Part shown: piece after piece, positions 20,692-29,685 of the stretch | Layout: every line of letters starts with the position of its first letter | How positions within the stretch are numbered: position 1 is the stretch's first letter | Assembly (NCBI GenBank): GCA_035559535.1 | Contig: DATMBG010000006.1 | Location: forward strand, 1-64,000 | Origin: Candidatus Limnocylindrales bacterium | GTDB lineage: Bacteria; Moduliflexota; Moduliflexia; Moduliflexales; JAUQPW01 | DNA length: 64,000 nt | Direction: 5' to 3' | Notes under the pieces: generated by a model | What the model saw: only the letters and a program-made list of their open reading frames with translations | What the model was told of the DNA's origin: nothing | The model's database searches: none | Position numbers and translations under genes: made by a program

Positions 20692-21843
20692 TCAAAGTTC
20701 TGAGAGAATTTTCACAATCCGCTCGGCCGTCTTTCCATCCCACAGCTTGGGAATGCGACCTGCTTTTCCTTCCCCCCGTAGGATCTTTTGACTTTCGAAG
20801 ATAATCTTCTCCGGGTCTGTTCCGACCAGGGTATTGGTTCCTTCGGTAATGGTTACAGGGCGCTCCGTGTTTTCTCGTAAGGTTAAACAGGGTATTCCCA
20901 GTGCTGTGGTCTCTTCCTGTAAACCCCCAGAATCTGTGAGGATGAATTTAGCCCGGGACATTAAACCGAGAAAATCCAGATATCCCAAAGGTTCTATCAT
21001 TCCAATGAAGCCTTTGGTTGATTCTACCGAAGTAGTTTCCAGATCTTTAAAAAAAGATTGATAGCCAAAGGCTGCTATCTGTTTTCGGGTTCTGGGATGT
21101 ACCGGGAAGATAATAGGGAGATGTTGAGAAACCCCGGTGAGTGCCTGGATAATTCTCAAGAAGACCTCAGGATCGTCTACGTTAGAGGGACGATGGAGGG
21201 TCAATACGGCATAGTCCAGAAGATTTTCCACCATAGGAGCAGTTTTCAGATTCTTCTGGATCAATCCTAATTTCTTCAAAATATGGGTCCTTTTAGCTTT
21301 TTCCAGATGTTGAAGTAGACTATCGATCATGACGTTGCCGACAAAAAAGATTTTTTCTTCCGGTATTCCTTCCCTTTTTAGATTGAGGTTTGCGTCTTCG
21401 GAGGTTGTAAACAGATATTCACTCAAGGCGTCTGTTACCACACGGTTAATTTCCTCGGGCATCGTGCGATCGAAACTCCTCAATCCAGCTTCCACATGGG
21501 CGATAGGCACAAGCAATTTTGCCGCTACCACCGAGCAAGCCAGGGTTGAATTCACATCTCCAACCACCACAATGAGATTTGGTTTTTCCTGTTCCAGGAC
21601 CTTCTCAAATTCTACCATGATTCTGGCCGTTTGAGCCGCATGACTTCCAGAGCCAACTCCCAGGTAAATATCCGGTTCTGGAAGTTCCAGATCCTCAAAA
21701 AAAGCCCGAGACATGGTTACATCATAATGCTGTCCAGTATGAACGAGAATCGGGTTAAGCCGGGGATAAGAGGACATAACTTTCAGGATGGGAGCCATCT
21801 TCATAAAGTTAGGTCGAGCCCCTACCACATTGATAATTTTCAT
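20692..21843 (-). CDS. wecB: UDP-GlcNAc 2-epimerase (non-hydrolysing)
   Basis: VGARPNFMK, HTGQHYD, HVEAGLRS and TDSGGLQEE motifs. True start MKIINVV at 21843. Confidence 0.95.
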   Translation of the reverse strand: MKIINVVGARPNFMKMAPILKVMSSYPRLNPILVHTGQHYDVTMSRAFFEDLELPEPDIYLGVGSGSHAAQTARIMVEFEKVLEQEKPNLIVVVGDVNSTLACSVVAAKLLVPIAHVEAGLRSFDRTMPEEINRVVTDALSEYLFTTSEDANLNLKREGIPEEKIFFVGNVMIDSLLQHLEKAKRTHILKKLGLIQKNLKTAPMVENLLDYAVLTLHRPSNVDDPEVFLRIIQALTGVSQHLPIIFPVHPRTRKQIAAFGYQSFFKDLETTSVESTKGFIGMIEPLGYLDFLGLMSRAKFILTDSGGLQEETTALGIPCLTLRENTERPVTITEGTNTLVGTDPEKIIFESQKILRGEGKAGRIPKLWDGKTAERIVKILSEL

Positions 21844-21867
21844 TTTCAACGACCCCTTGAGAAGGGG

Positions 21868-22049
21868 GTGCAGAAGTATGGGAGTGTGGGGGTATGGGGG
21901 TATGGGAGTATAAGTACTTATTCTCCAGTACTTATTCTCCCACACTTCCACACTTCCCTACTTCCCTACTCCCACACTTCCACACCCCCATACTCCCGTA
22001 CTCCCATACCCCCATACCCCCATACCCCCACACTCCCATACTTCTGCAC
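21868..22049. repeat. Palindromic 8-mer tandem-repeat element with 39-bp perfect terminal inverted repeats
   Basis: gtgcagaagtatgggagtgtgggggtatgggggtatggg ... cccatacccccatacccccacactcccatacttctgcac. Confidence 0.9.
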
Positions 22050-22050
22050 T

Positions 22051-22668
22051 TTATAAATACCCCAGCGTGCTTAATCGAATCCGAACTTTTTCTTCCTCTT
22101 CGGGGGAGTAGATTTCTGTACCAAAACCGTCCGATGGCGACAGATAACCCAGTTCTTCCAGTTTTCTGATGACTTTCATGGCACTCTCCTCTGGAGTTTC
22201 CTTATCGGTTTCCAGGACAACTTCCGGATTTAAGGGTTCTTCATAGGGATCTGAAATACCCGTAAAAGCTTTTACCTCCCCGGCCAGAGCTTTCTTGTAA
22301 AGTCCCTTGACATCCCGCTGAATGCAGGTTTCTAGAGAGCATTTAACGTAGACTTCTATGAAATGCTGGATTTCTTTTCGGGCATATTCCCGGGCTTCCC
22401 GATAAGGAGAAATGGCCGCTGCAATATTGACGACTCCATTTCGGGTTAACAGTTTACAGACAAAGGCAATTCTCTTAATATTGGTATCTCGATCTTCTTT
22501 ACTAAAACCTAAGCCTTTACTTAAATTTTCTCTGATAACATCCCCATCCAGAATTTCTACGTTGGGAATCCCTCGATCCAGAAGTTTATTTTTTACAATA
22601 TGAGAAATGGTTGTTTTTCCTGCTCCAGAGAGCCCTGTAAACCAAATCGTAAATCCTCGTCTATTCAT
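22051..22668 (-). CDS. cysC: Adenylyl-sulfate kinase with C-terminal RLxxLGY tail
   Basis: WFTGLSGAGKTT, LDGDVIR, ISPYR and FTGISDPYEEP motifs. Confidence 0.95.
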   Translation of the reverse strand: MNRRGFTIWFTGLSGAGKTTISHIVKNKLLDRGIPNVEILDGDVIRENLSKGLGFSKEDRDTNIKRIAFVCKLLTRNGVVNIAAAISPYREAREYARKEIQHFIEVYVKCSLETCIQRDVKGLYKKALAGEVKAFTGISDPYEEPLNPEVVLETDKETPEESAMKVIRKLEELGYLSPSDGFGTEIYSPEEEEKVRIRLSTLGYL

Positions 22669-22785
22669 GACCGGTATGATTAACCTCCTTTAATAAGCCG
22701 TTGATATTAAACCTAGAGTTCTGTCGGTTAAAGTATCTAAAAGGTAATTCCAAATTGAGCAAGAGACCAGCCCAGGTTTCTTATA

Positions 22786-22801
22786 TGCTAAAAATGAGCC
22801 A
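22786..22801 (-). promoter_or_regulatory. Candidate sigma-54 promoter (cysC-wecB)
   Basis: TGGCTCATTTTTAGCA, GG-N10-GC spacing. Confidence 0.35.
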
Positions 22802-23217
22802 AAAGATAAGGCATCGTAATGAAATAAAATAATCATAACAAAAGTAGAGTGTAAATACCTTCTAAAATTTTATATTTTATATTTAAGGTTTGGAGTGTGC
22901 CAGGAATTTTACAGAAAAGCAAAAACCTTTTCGCATTTATCCGGGTACTTTTGGTGTTGATGAAGGGAAAAAGTTCCCCCCTGTTCCCAGTCGGACCTTC
23001 GGTCAGTTAAGGATTAAAATCCCTCAGAGGCGGTGGACATAGGGTCACGGGAGTGTAATCTTTCTCAAAACCCTATAGAAGCGCTCTGAATAAGAGGGTA
23101 CTTCCTGGAATAAGCTCAGAACCGTGACCCAAGGGCTCATGGGATGAACATCCTGGTCTGGCAGGTGGGGTTCTGAAGGATAGCCTGCCGGTGCGAATGG
23201 ATGGAATCAAGATTTCC

Positions 23218-23233
23218 TGGTGTAAACCTTGCA
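23218..23233 (+). promoter_or_regulatory. Candidate sigma-54 promoter (sulfated glycan operon)
   Basis: TGGTGTAAACCTTGCA, GG-N10-GC spacing, ~95 nt upstream of 23327. Confidence 0.5.
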
Positions 23234-23326
23234 CGATGTATAAAGGAGAAAATCTCCTATTAACCCGGCTCCTAAGATTTAAGAAATTAGGAACTTAGTG
23301 TATTTAGCTTAGAGGAAAAAAGAATC

Positions 23327-25027
23327 ATGCAGCCCTATAAAGTACTCGTTATTGGAATGGATGGAGCAACTTTTGATCTCATTTTACCTTGGACGGCCGA
23401 TAATCGGTTACCCAACCTGGCTTCCTTAATTCAAAAAGGAACCAGATCCTTTCTTAGATCTACGATTCCGCCCATGACTCCGCCGGCCTGGGCTTCTTTT
23501 TTTACCGGTAAAAATCCGGGTAAGCATGGAGTTTTTGACTTTATCGAACTAAAACCCGGAAGCTACGACTTTCGTTTCACGAACGGTGCTTCGGTTCAAG
23601 CCAAATCCCTATGGAGTCTGTTAAGCGAGGCTCGCAAAAAAGTTGGGGTTATCAATGTTCCCATGACCTATCCCCCTGAGGAAGTAAACGGGTATTTGAT
23701 TTCGGGATTGGATGCCCCGGATGAAAAAAGCCGGTTCACCTATCCGGGTGAACTTTACAAGATCCTGAAGGAGGCCATTGGTGATTACCAGATTGATATT
23801 CGACATCTAGGTAATATGCGAGGAGATAAAGAACGTGACCTGACCCTGGAGGCCTTCCATGAGATTGAAGAACGACGGGGAGCCGCTGTCCGATTTCTCA
23901 TGGAGAAGTATCCGGCCGATTTGACCGTAGTTGTCTTTAACGCAACCGACCAGGTTCAACACCATTTCTGGCATTACATGGATCCTCAACACCCTCAGCA
24001 TGATCCCATAGGGGCCAGGAAATATGGTCAGGCTATTTTGGATATTTATCGGTGTGTGGACAGGGAAATCGGCAAACTGCTCCAGAGCCTCTCTGAAGAT
24101 ACCATTGTTTTAGTCATCTCCGATCATGGGGCCGGGGCTACCAGCAACCTGGGGCTTTATTTAAACCATTATTTACAGGAAATAGGTTTACTCCGATTCG
24201 AAAGTAGATCTCTTTCTAAGAATTGGCTACATCAGGGTGCCGAAAAAGTGGATAAACTTCTACGGGGGACCCTTTCATCTAAGCAAAAGGCCCGGTTAGC
24301 TAAACTCTTTCCCCAACTGCGTACGAAGTTGGAATCCTGGGCCACGGCTCCTCTAGATTGGGAGTCGACCCGGGCTTATGTTAACGAAGCTTATATCTTC
24401 TCGCCGGGTATTTGGGTCAATTTGAAAGGTAAAAGACCCCGGGGAACTGTGGAACCCGGCAAAGATTATGAAAACCTGATTCAGTTTCTTATTGAGAAAC
24501 TCTATGAACTAAAAGATCCTGATACAGGGCAGCAGGTCATAAAAAAGGTTTATCGCAAAGATGAGATCTACCAGGGTCGCTATATCGATCAGGCTCCGGA
24601 TCTGATCCTTTCCTGGTGGGAGGAGAATAGTTTTACGGTCAAGGCCAGTCAGCCTGAGCGAAAAGGACTTCCCATTCTGGAACGAGATCTGGGCCCCATC
24701 GTAGGAGGTCGAGATTTGAGTGGGGCTCATCGATTACATGGGGTTTTGATTATGAGTGGAGGACCCATCAAGCAAGGTCTTTCTCTGAAGGAAACTCAAA
24801 TTCTGGACGTAGCTCCCACAATCCTTTATTTGATGGGAATGCCGGTTCCAGGAGATTTTGATGGACGTATCCTGACCGAAGCCATCGAAGAAGATTTCTT
24901 ACGGGAAAATCCCCCCCAATATGGACGAGATCTGGCATCTCCCGATGAACGGTCGGGTACCGGTTATTCAGAAGAAGATATGGAGAAAATTCGGGAACGA
25001 CTCCAGGGCATAGGATACTTAGATTAA
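23327..25027 (+). CDS. Alkaline phosphatase superfamily (NPP/type I phosphodiesterase-like) protein
   Basis: IGMDGAT, STIPPMTPPAW..TGKNPGKHG, ISDHG and GAH motifs; ends RERLQGIGYLD; no signal peptide. Confidence 0.88.
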   Translation: MQPYKVLVIGMDGATFDLILPWTADNRLPNLASLIQKGTRSFLRSTIPPMTPPAWASFFTGKNPGKHGVFDFIELKPGSYDFRFTNGASVQAKSLWSLLSEARKKVGVINVPMTYPPEEVNGYLISGLDAPDEKSRFTYPGELYKILKEAIGDYQIDIRHLGNMRGDKERDLTLEAFHEIEERRGAAVRFLMEKYPADLTVVVFNATDQVQHHFWHYMDPQHPQHDPIGARKYGQAILDIYRCVDREIGKLLQSLSEDTIVLVISDHGAGATSNLGLYLNHYLQEIGLLRFESRSLSKNWLHQGAEKVDKLLRGTLSSKQKARLAKLFPQLRTKLESWATAPLDWESTRAYVNEAYIFSPGIWVNLKGKRPRGTVEPGKDYENLIQFLIEKLYELKDPDTGQQVIKKVYRKDEIYQGRYIDQAPDLILSWWEENSFTVKASQPERKGLPILERDLGPIVGGRDLSGAHRLHGVLIMSGGPIKQGLSLKETQILDVAPTILYLMGMPVPGDFDGRILTEAIEEDFLRENPPQYGRDLASPDERSGTGYSEEDMEKIRERLQGIGYLD

Positions 25028-25100
25028 TCCTTCTCGTGCCTATAGCCTTTTTTAAAAGGTTAAACCACGAGAGTGCCTGGAATCCCTCGATAGAGAACTT

Positions 25101-25823
25101 ATGAGCCTAAACCTAGAAAATTATACCAAAAAACCCAGTTTATCTCTCATCTTTCCAGCTTATAATGAGGAACTTAACATCGAGCAGGTTGTTAAATCTG
25201 CCTTGATAGTAGCACCTAAAGTTGCAGAAAAGTACGAGATCATTGTTGTCAATGACGGTAGCCGGGATCGAACCGGCGAAGTTATTAACAAACTGGCCGG
25301 TCTTCATCCCCCGGTAGTTGCGATCCATCACCCGATTAATCAGGGTTATGGGGCAGCTCTTAAATCGGGTATTAAAAGGGCTCAAAGTCAGTTTATCTTT
25401 TTCTGTGACTCGGATTGCCAGTTTGATCTCTTCGAGCTTCCCCTTCTGCTGAATTGGATCGACCATTATGATATGGTTATCGGATATCGCCAATCCCGTA
25501 AAGATCCTATTCACCGACTGATCAATGCCTGGGGATGGAATATGTTGGTTCGTTTGCTGTTGGGATTAAAAGTTCGGGATATCGACTGCGCCTTTAAACT
25601 GTTCCGCCGGGAAATTTTCGATCGAATTGAAATTAATTCTGTCGGGGCTATGGTCAATACCGAAATTCTCTCCAGAGCCGTCAAATTAGGATTTACCATC
25701 AAAGAGGTTCCGGTTACCCACTATCCCAGGTTTCGTGGCCGGCAAACCGGAGCCAGGCTCCGGGTTATTGTGAAAGCCTTCAAAGAACTTATTCGGCTGC
25801 ATAAGGAACTCCGCCTCTATTAA
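25101..25823 (+). CDS. GT2 polyprenol-phosphate glycosyltransferase (DPM1-like)
   Basis: PAYNEE, VNDGSRD, DSDCQF and DIDCAFKL motifs. Confidence 0.88.
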   Translation: MSLNLENYTKKPSLSLIFPAYNEELNIEQVVKSALIVAPKVAEKYEIIVVNDGSRDRTGEVINKLAGLHPPVVAIHHPINQGYGAALKSGIKRAQSQFIFFCDSDCQFDLFELPLLLNWIDHYDMVIGYRQSRKDPIHRLINAWGWNMLVRLLLGLKVRDIDCAFKLFRREIFDRIEINSVGAMVNTEILSRAVKLGFTIKEVPVTHYPRFRGRQTGARLRVIVKAFKELIRLHKELRLY

Positions 25824-26174
25824 GGCCTCTTCCTTTTAAATAAGCTTACCGGAGGCCCGATCTCCCAGAGGTTGGACCTCTTCTTTCACTCTTTCTCATA
25901 TCTCTTCACCGGGAAAGGGTTACCTGAAGAATCGAAGCGATCCCTTATACCTCAAGCTTTCATCCCCTTTCCATATGGAAACATCTCCTAAGGAGTAAGG
26001 GTAACCCCTGATAGTTACCCGGTTTCTTTGTCCAAACCAAAAATATATTTTAACAAAGCTTCGAAGAAAGTTATATCTAGCTTTAATAAAAAACCTAGCA
26101 TTATATTAAATAAGTTTGTCTGGACTTAGATTTTAATCTGGAAATGATGGGCGAAATGAAGGAGGCGAGAAAGA

Positions 26175-27146
26175 ATGAAGCGAGCTTTAATTACCGGTAT
26201 TACAGGACAGGATGGGTCCTATTTGGCTGAGTTTTTGCTAGATAAAGGCTATGAAGTTTACGGGATGGTAAGACGATTAAGCGTTGAGAATTATCTTCGC
26301 ATTGAGCATATTAAAGACCGGATTGTTTTACGTCAGGCGGATCTTTTAGACCAACTCTCTATCATTAATTTGATCCGTGATATCCAGCCCGATGAGATTT
26401 ATAATTTAGCGGCACAATCTTTTGTCCCGACTTCATTTGAGCAACCTGTGCTAACCGGCGAATTTACTGCGTTGGGGGTTACGCGTATGCTGGAAGCTAT
26501 TCGTTTAGTGAATCCCCACATTAAGTTTTATCAGGCCTCTTCATCTGAAATGTTTGGAAAAGTACGGGAAACACCCCAAAACGAATTGACCCCGTTTTAT
26601 CCCAGATCCCCCTACGGGGTAGCCAAGGTATATGGGCATTGGATTACGGTGAATTATCGGGAGAGTTATAATATTTTTGCCTGTTCGGGTATCTTATTCA
26701 ACCATGAGAGCCCGCGCCGTGGGTTGGAATTCGTGACCCGTAAGATTTCTTACCATGTGGCTAAAATCAAGTTAGGATTGGCCAACGAACTCCGGTTGGG
26801 TAATCTGAAAGCTCGAAGGGATTGGGGATTTGCCGGAGATTACGTGAGGGCTATGTGGCTCATGCTGCAACAGGAGGTTCCCAGTGATTATGTCATTGCA
26901 ACCGGAGTTACGCACTCGGTTCAGGAATTTGTGGAGATTGCCTTTGATCATGTGGGATTAGATTGGAAAAAATATGTCGTGGTCGATCCCAAATTTATTC
27001 GACCGGCTGAGGTGGATTTTTTGCAAGGAAATGCCCAAAAAGCCAAACAGGAGTTAGGCTGGGAACCCACGGTCTCCTTTGAGGAATTGGTTAAAATGAT
27101 GGTCGATGCAGATCTAGAACTTTTATCCAGAAAAAAGATAAATTAA
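26175..27146 (+). CDS. gmd: GDP-mannose 4,6-dehydratase
   Basis: [25 protein letters not shown] and FNHESPRRG motifs. Confidence 0.97.
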   Translation: MKRALITGITGQDGSYLAEFLLDKGYEVYGMVRRLSVENYLRIEHIKDRIVLRQADLLDQLSIINLIRDIQPDEIYNLAAQSFVPTSFEQPVLTGEFTALGVTRMLEAIRLVNPHIKFYQASSSEMFGKVRETPQNELTPFYPRSPYGVAKVYGHWITVNYRESYNIFACSGILFNHESPRRGLEFVTRKISYHVAKIKLGLANELRLGNLKARRDWGFAGDYVRAMWLMLQQEVPSDYVIATGVTHSVQEFVEIAFDHVGLDWKKYVVVDPKFIRPAEVDFLQGNAQKAKQELGWEPTVSFEELVKMMVDADLELLSRKKIN

Positions 27147-27258
27147 TCTTCGCCCGACTTTTGCAGATCCGGAGGAAACATGGGGTATTAAAGCTGCTTA
27201 ACAAGGTGGAAAAGGTTTTCCACTCTTTCCAGTAGTAAGTATTAGAGGATTTCAGTTT

Positions 27259-28161
27259 ATGTCCAGTGATAAAATCAAGGTCTTATATATCGCCGGTGCC
27301 CCAAGAACTGGGAGCACGCTGCTGGCTCTTCTGCTGGGCGAATTAGATGGCTTCTGGAGTATAGGAGAAGGTGCAAGGGCTCTTTTCAATACCAGATTAA
27401 GATCACAGGTAGTTCCCTGTAGTTGTGGCTCTCAAGTTTCTGAGTGTCTGTTCTGGAAAGATATCATCCGGGGGATCGATAGCGAAACCGAAAAGTTCGG
27501 TAGAGAGAAGATCCGAATCCCCTATCTTCCTTTTTTAGTAGGACCTGTGAAGCCTCGCACTTTTCAGAATCAATTCCAACACTTTCTATCCAAAACAGAA
27601 AATTTGTATAAACTCATTGCTAAAAATGCCGGTTGTAGGGTGATGGTAGACTCTTCCAAGAACCCACCCCATGCGTTCATGCTAGGTCAGATCCCCAGTG
27701 TTGACCTCTATGTAGTGCATTTAGTCAGAGATCCCCGGGGTGTGATCAGCAGTTGGTCTAAACCCAAAAAATATCTGAAAAAATTATCTGTAAAAAGAGT
27801 TATTTTGAATCTGTTATCCTTTAACTTTCTCTCTGAGTTGTTACGTAGGTATGCCAAGGGATATTTGTTAATTCGATACGAGGATTTGGTCTATAACCCT
27901 CCGGAGACCCTCAAAAAAATTGCTAACTTTGTGAACGAAGACGCTAAGGATCTGGATTTTCTGGAGAAGACCAGAGCGTGCATAGGGGTTCAACATTTAC
28001 TGGCCAGTAATCCCGATAAATATACCCAGGGATGGATTTCCATTGAAGAACAAACCTGGAATCTCTCGCGGCAAAAACACCTGTTGGTTTCCTTAATGAC
28101 GTTTCCTTTGCTTTATAGATACAGATACCCATTCTCTAAAACTTTTTCCTATGAGAACTAA
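27259..28161 (+). CDS. PAPS-dependent sulfotransferase
   Basis: 5'-PSB GAPRTGSTLL, VDSSK, HLVRDPR..S and RYEDL motifs. Confidence 0.9.
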   Translation: MSSDKIKVLYIAGAPRTGSTLLALLLGELDGFWSIGEGARALFNTRLRSQVVPCSCGSQVSECLFWKDIIRGIDSETEKFGREKIRIPYLPFLVGPVKPRTFQNQFQHFLSKTENLYKLIAKNAGCRVMVDSSKNPPHAFMLGQIPSVDLYVVHLVRDPRGVISSWSKPKKYLKKLSVKRVILNLLSFNFLSELLRRYAKGYLLIRYEDLVYNPPETLKKIANFVNEDAKDLDFLEKTRACIGVQHLLASNPDKYTQGWISIEEQTWNLSRQKHLLVSLMTFPLLYRYRYPFSKTFSYEN

Positions 28162-28178
28162 CTAAAAAATCGGAGCAG

Positions 28179-29618
28179 ATGAACCCAGAGCGAAATGTAT
28201 TTAAAAATTCTATTGAAGGTGTCCTGTCCCTGGGATTGGGATCTCTTCTACAACTTTTAGCCTTCTCTTTATTGGCCCGTTATTTAGGAACCGTAGGGTT
28301 CGGTCAGTACTCCTATATTATGGCCTTTGTAGGAGCCTTTCAGTTGTTTGCAGAGATGGGATTAACCCTTGTACTGGTTCGAGATATTACTTTAGATAAA
28401 AAAAATGTTAATAAATACATAGGCCAGGCTCTTCCTCTGTTGTGGGTTCTGGCTATTATAACCTTAGCCTTAATTATTCTGGCTGCTCGTCTTTTTCGTC
28501 TGACTCCAGAGCTTTTGTACCCTCTTTATATTGCCGGAATTGCCACGGTTGCAACTATTCAACCGAATATTTATGTTGCCGTTTTCCGTGCCTTTGAGAG
28601 CATGGAAATTAATAACCTTGGGTTTGTCTTACAAAAAGTTTTCTTTCTGGGGCTTATTTACCTGCTGGTTATTAAAGGAAAAGGACAGGTCGTTAGCTCA
28701 TTTTTGGCCCTTGCGGGAGCTAATCTGCTTGTATGGTTTTTTTATTATCTCTGTGCTATCCGAAAATACGGTCGATCTCAACTTAGGATCAATTTCAGGT
28801 ACTGGGTCTCCCTGTTAAAGGAGGCTGTCCCATTAGGCTTTGGGGCCATTTTGCGGAAGATTACTTGGCAGGTCGACACGCTTATCTTGGGAATTATAGA
28901 TACGGCAGTTTCGGTTGCCTTTTATAATAGTGCTTATAGACTTCTGGCTGCGTTAAATATGCTTCCTCAAGTCCTTGCTATCTCCATGTTTCCTTATTTT
29001 ACCCGATTAGCAGAGAATTCTCAGGATGATTTTGCAAAGGTCTATCAGAAGAGTTTGAAGTTCCTGTGGATTTTGAGTTTGCCTATCGCTATTGTAACAA
29101 CGGTACTCGCCGACCGAATCATCCTTCTCTTTTTTGGAAGTAGCTATGAGGGAGCAGCGGCGGCTTTAAAGATTCTTATCTGGGCTTCTATTTTTCTTTT
29201 CCTTTCCTCCCAGTATAAGCATATTTTCACAATCCTGCGAAAGCAACATCTTTATACGTATCTGGTGATCTTCGCCCTGGTGGTGAACGCTATCTTGGAT
29301 CTGGTTTTGATTCCGATATTTAGTTATATCGGCGCTTGTTTTGCAACTCTGATAACTGAAATTCTCCTGTATGTAGTAGGCTACTACCTTCTCAGAAGAT
29401 TAGGGGTTTCCATTGCTCTCTTTACAACTGCAGTTAAACCTGTGCTGGGAGGGTTTATAACAGGAGCGATCCTTTACTTGGTTCGGGATCTTTCTTACTT
29501 ACTTTTAGGGCTGGTTATTATTGTCGATTTTGGACTCTACTTTGCCCTGCTTTTTTCCTTCGGAACTTTTTCCCAAGGTGAGATAGACCGTATGCTTCGA
29601 TTGGTAAAAAGATCTTAA
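28179..29618 (+). CDS. wzx: Wzx-type (MOP) flippase
   Basis: LARYLG...FGQY, D..ILG.....VAFY..AYR and GAC.AT..E motifs; many TM helices. Confidence 0.88.
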   Translation: MNPERNVFKNSIEGVLSLGLGSLLQLLAFSLLARYLGTVGFGQYSYIMAFVGAFQLFAEMGLTLVLVRDITLDKKNVNKYIGQALPLLWVLAIITLALIILAARLFRLTPELLYPLYIAGIATVATIQPNIYVAVFRAFESMEINNLGFVLQKVFFLGLIYLLVIKGKGQVVSSFLALAGANLLVWFFYYLCAIRKYGRSQLRINFRYWVSLLKEAVPLGFGAILRKITWQVDTLILGIIDTAVSVAFYNSAYRLLAALNMLPQVLAISMFPYFTRLAENSQDDFAKVYQKSLKFLWILSLPIAIVTTVLADRIILLFFGSSYEGAAAALKILIWASIFLFLSSQYKHIFTILRKQHLYTYLVIFALVVNAILDLVLIPIFSYIGACFATLITEILLYVVGYYLLRRLGVSIALFTTAVKPVLGGFITGAILYLVRDLSYLLLGLVIIVDFGLYFALLFSFGTFSQGEIDRMLRLVKRS

Positions 29619-29685
29619 TGGCTTTTGTCTGTTATTCTTTACAGTAAACAAAGATAACAGACAATATAGACAACAAGAAAGTAAC

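Noticed and set aside
21844-22169. wecB N-terminal extension and PHTP-repeat ORFs; possible CRISPR array
   Set aside because: Repeat-derived; the units are 7-8 nt with no unique spacers and no cas genes.
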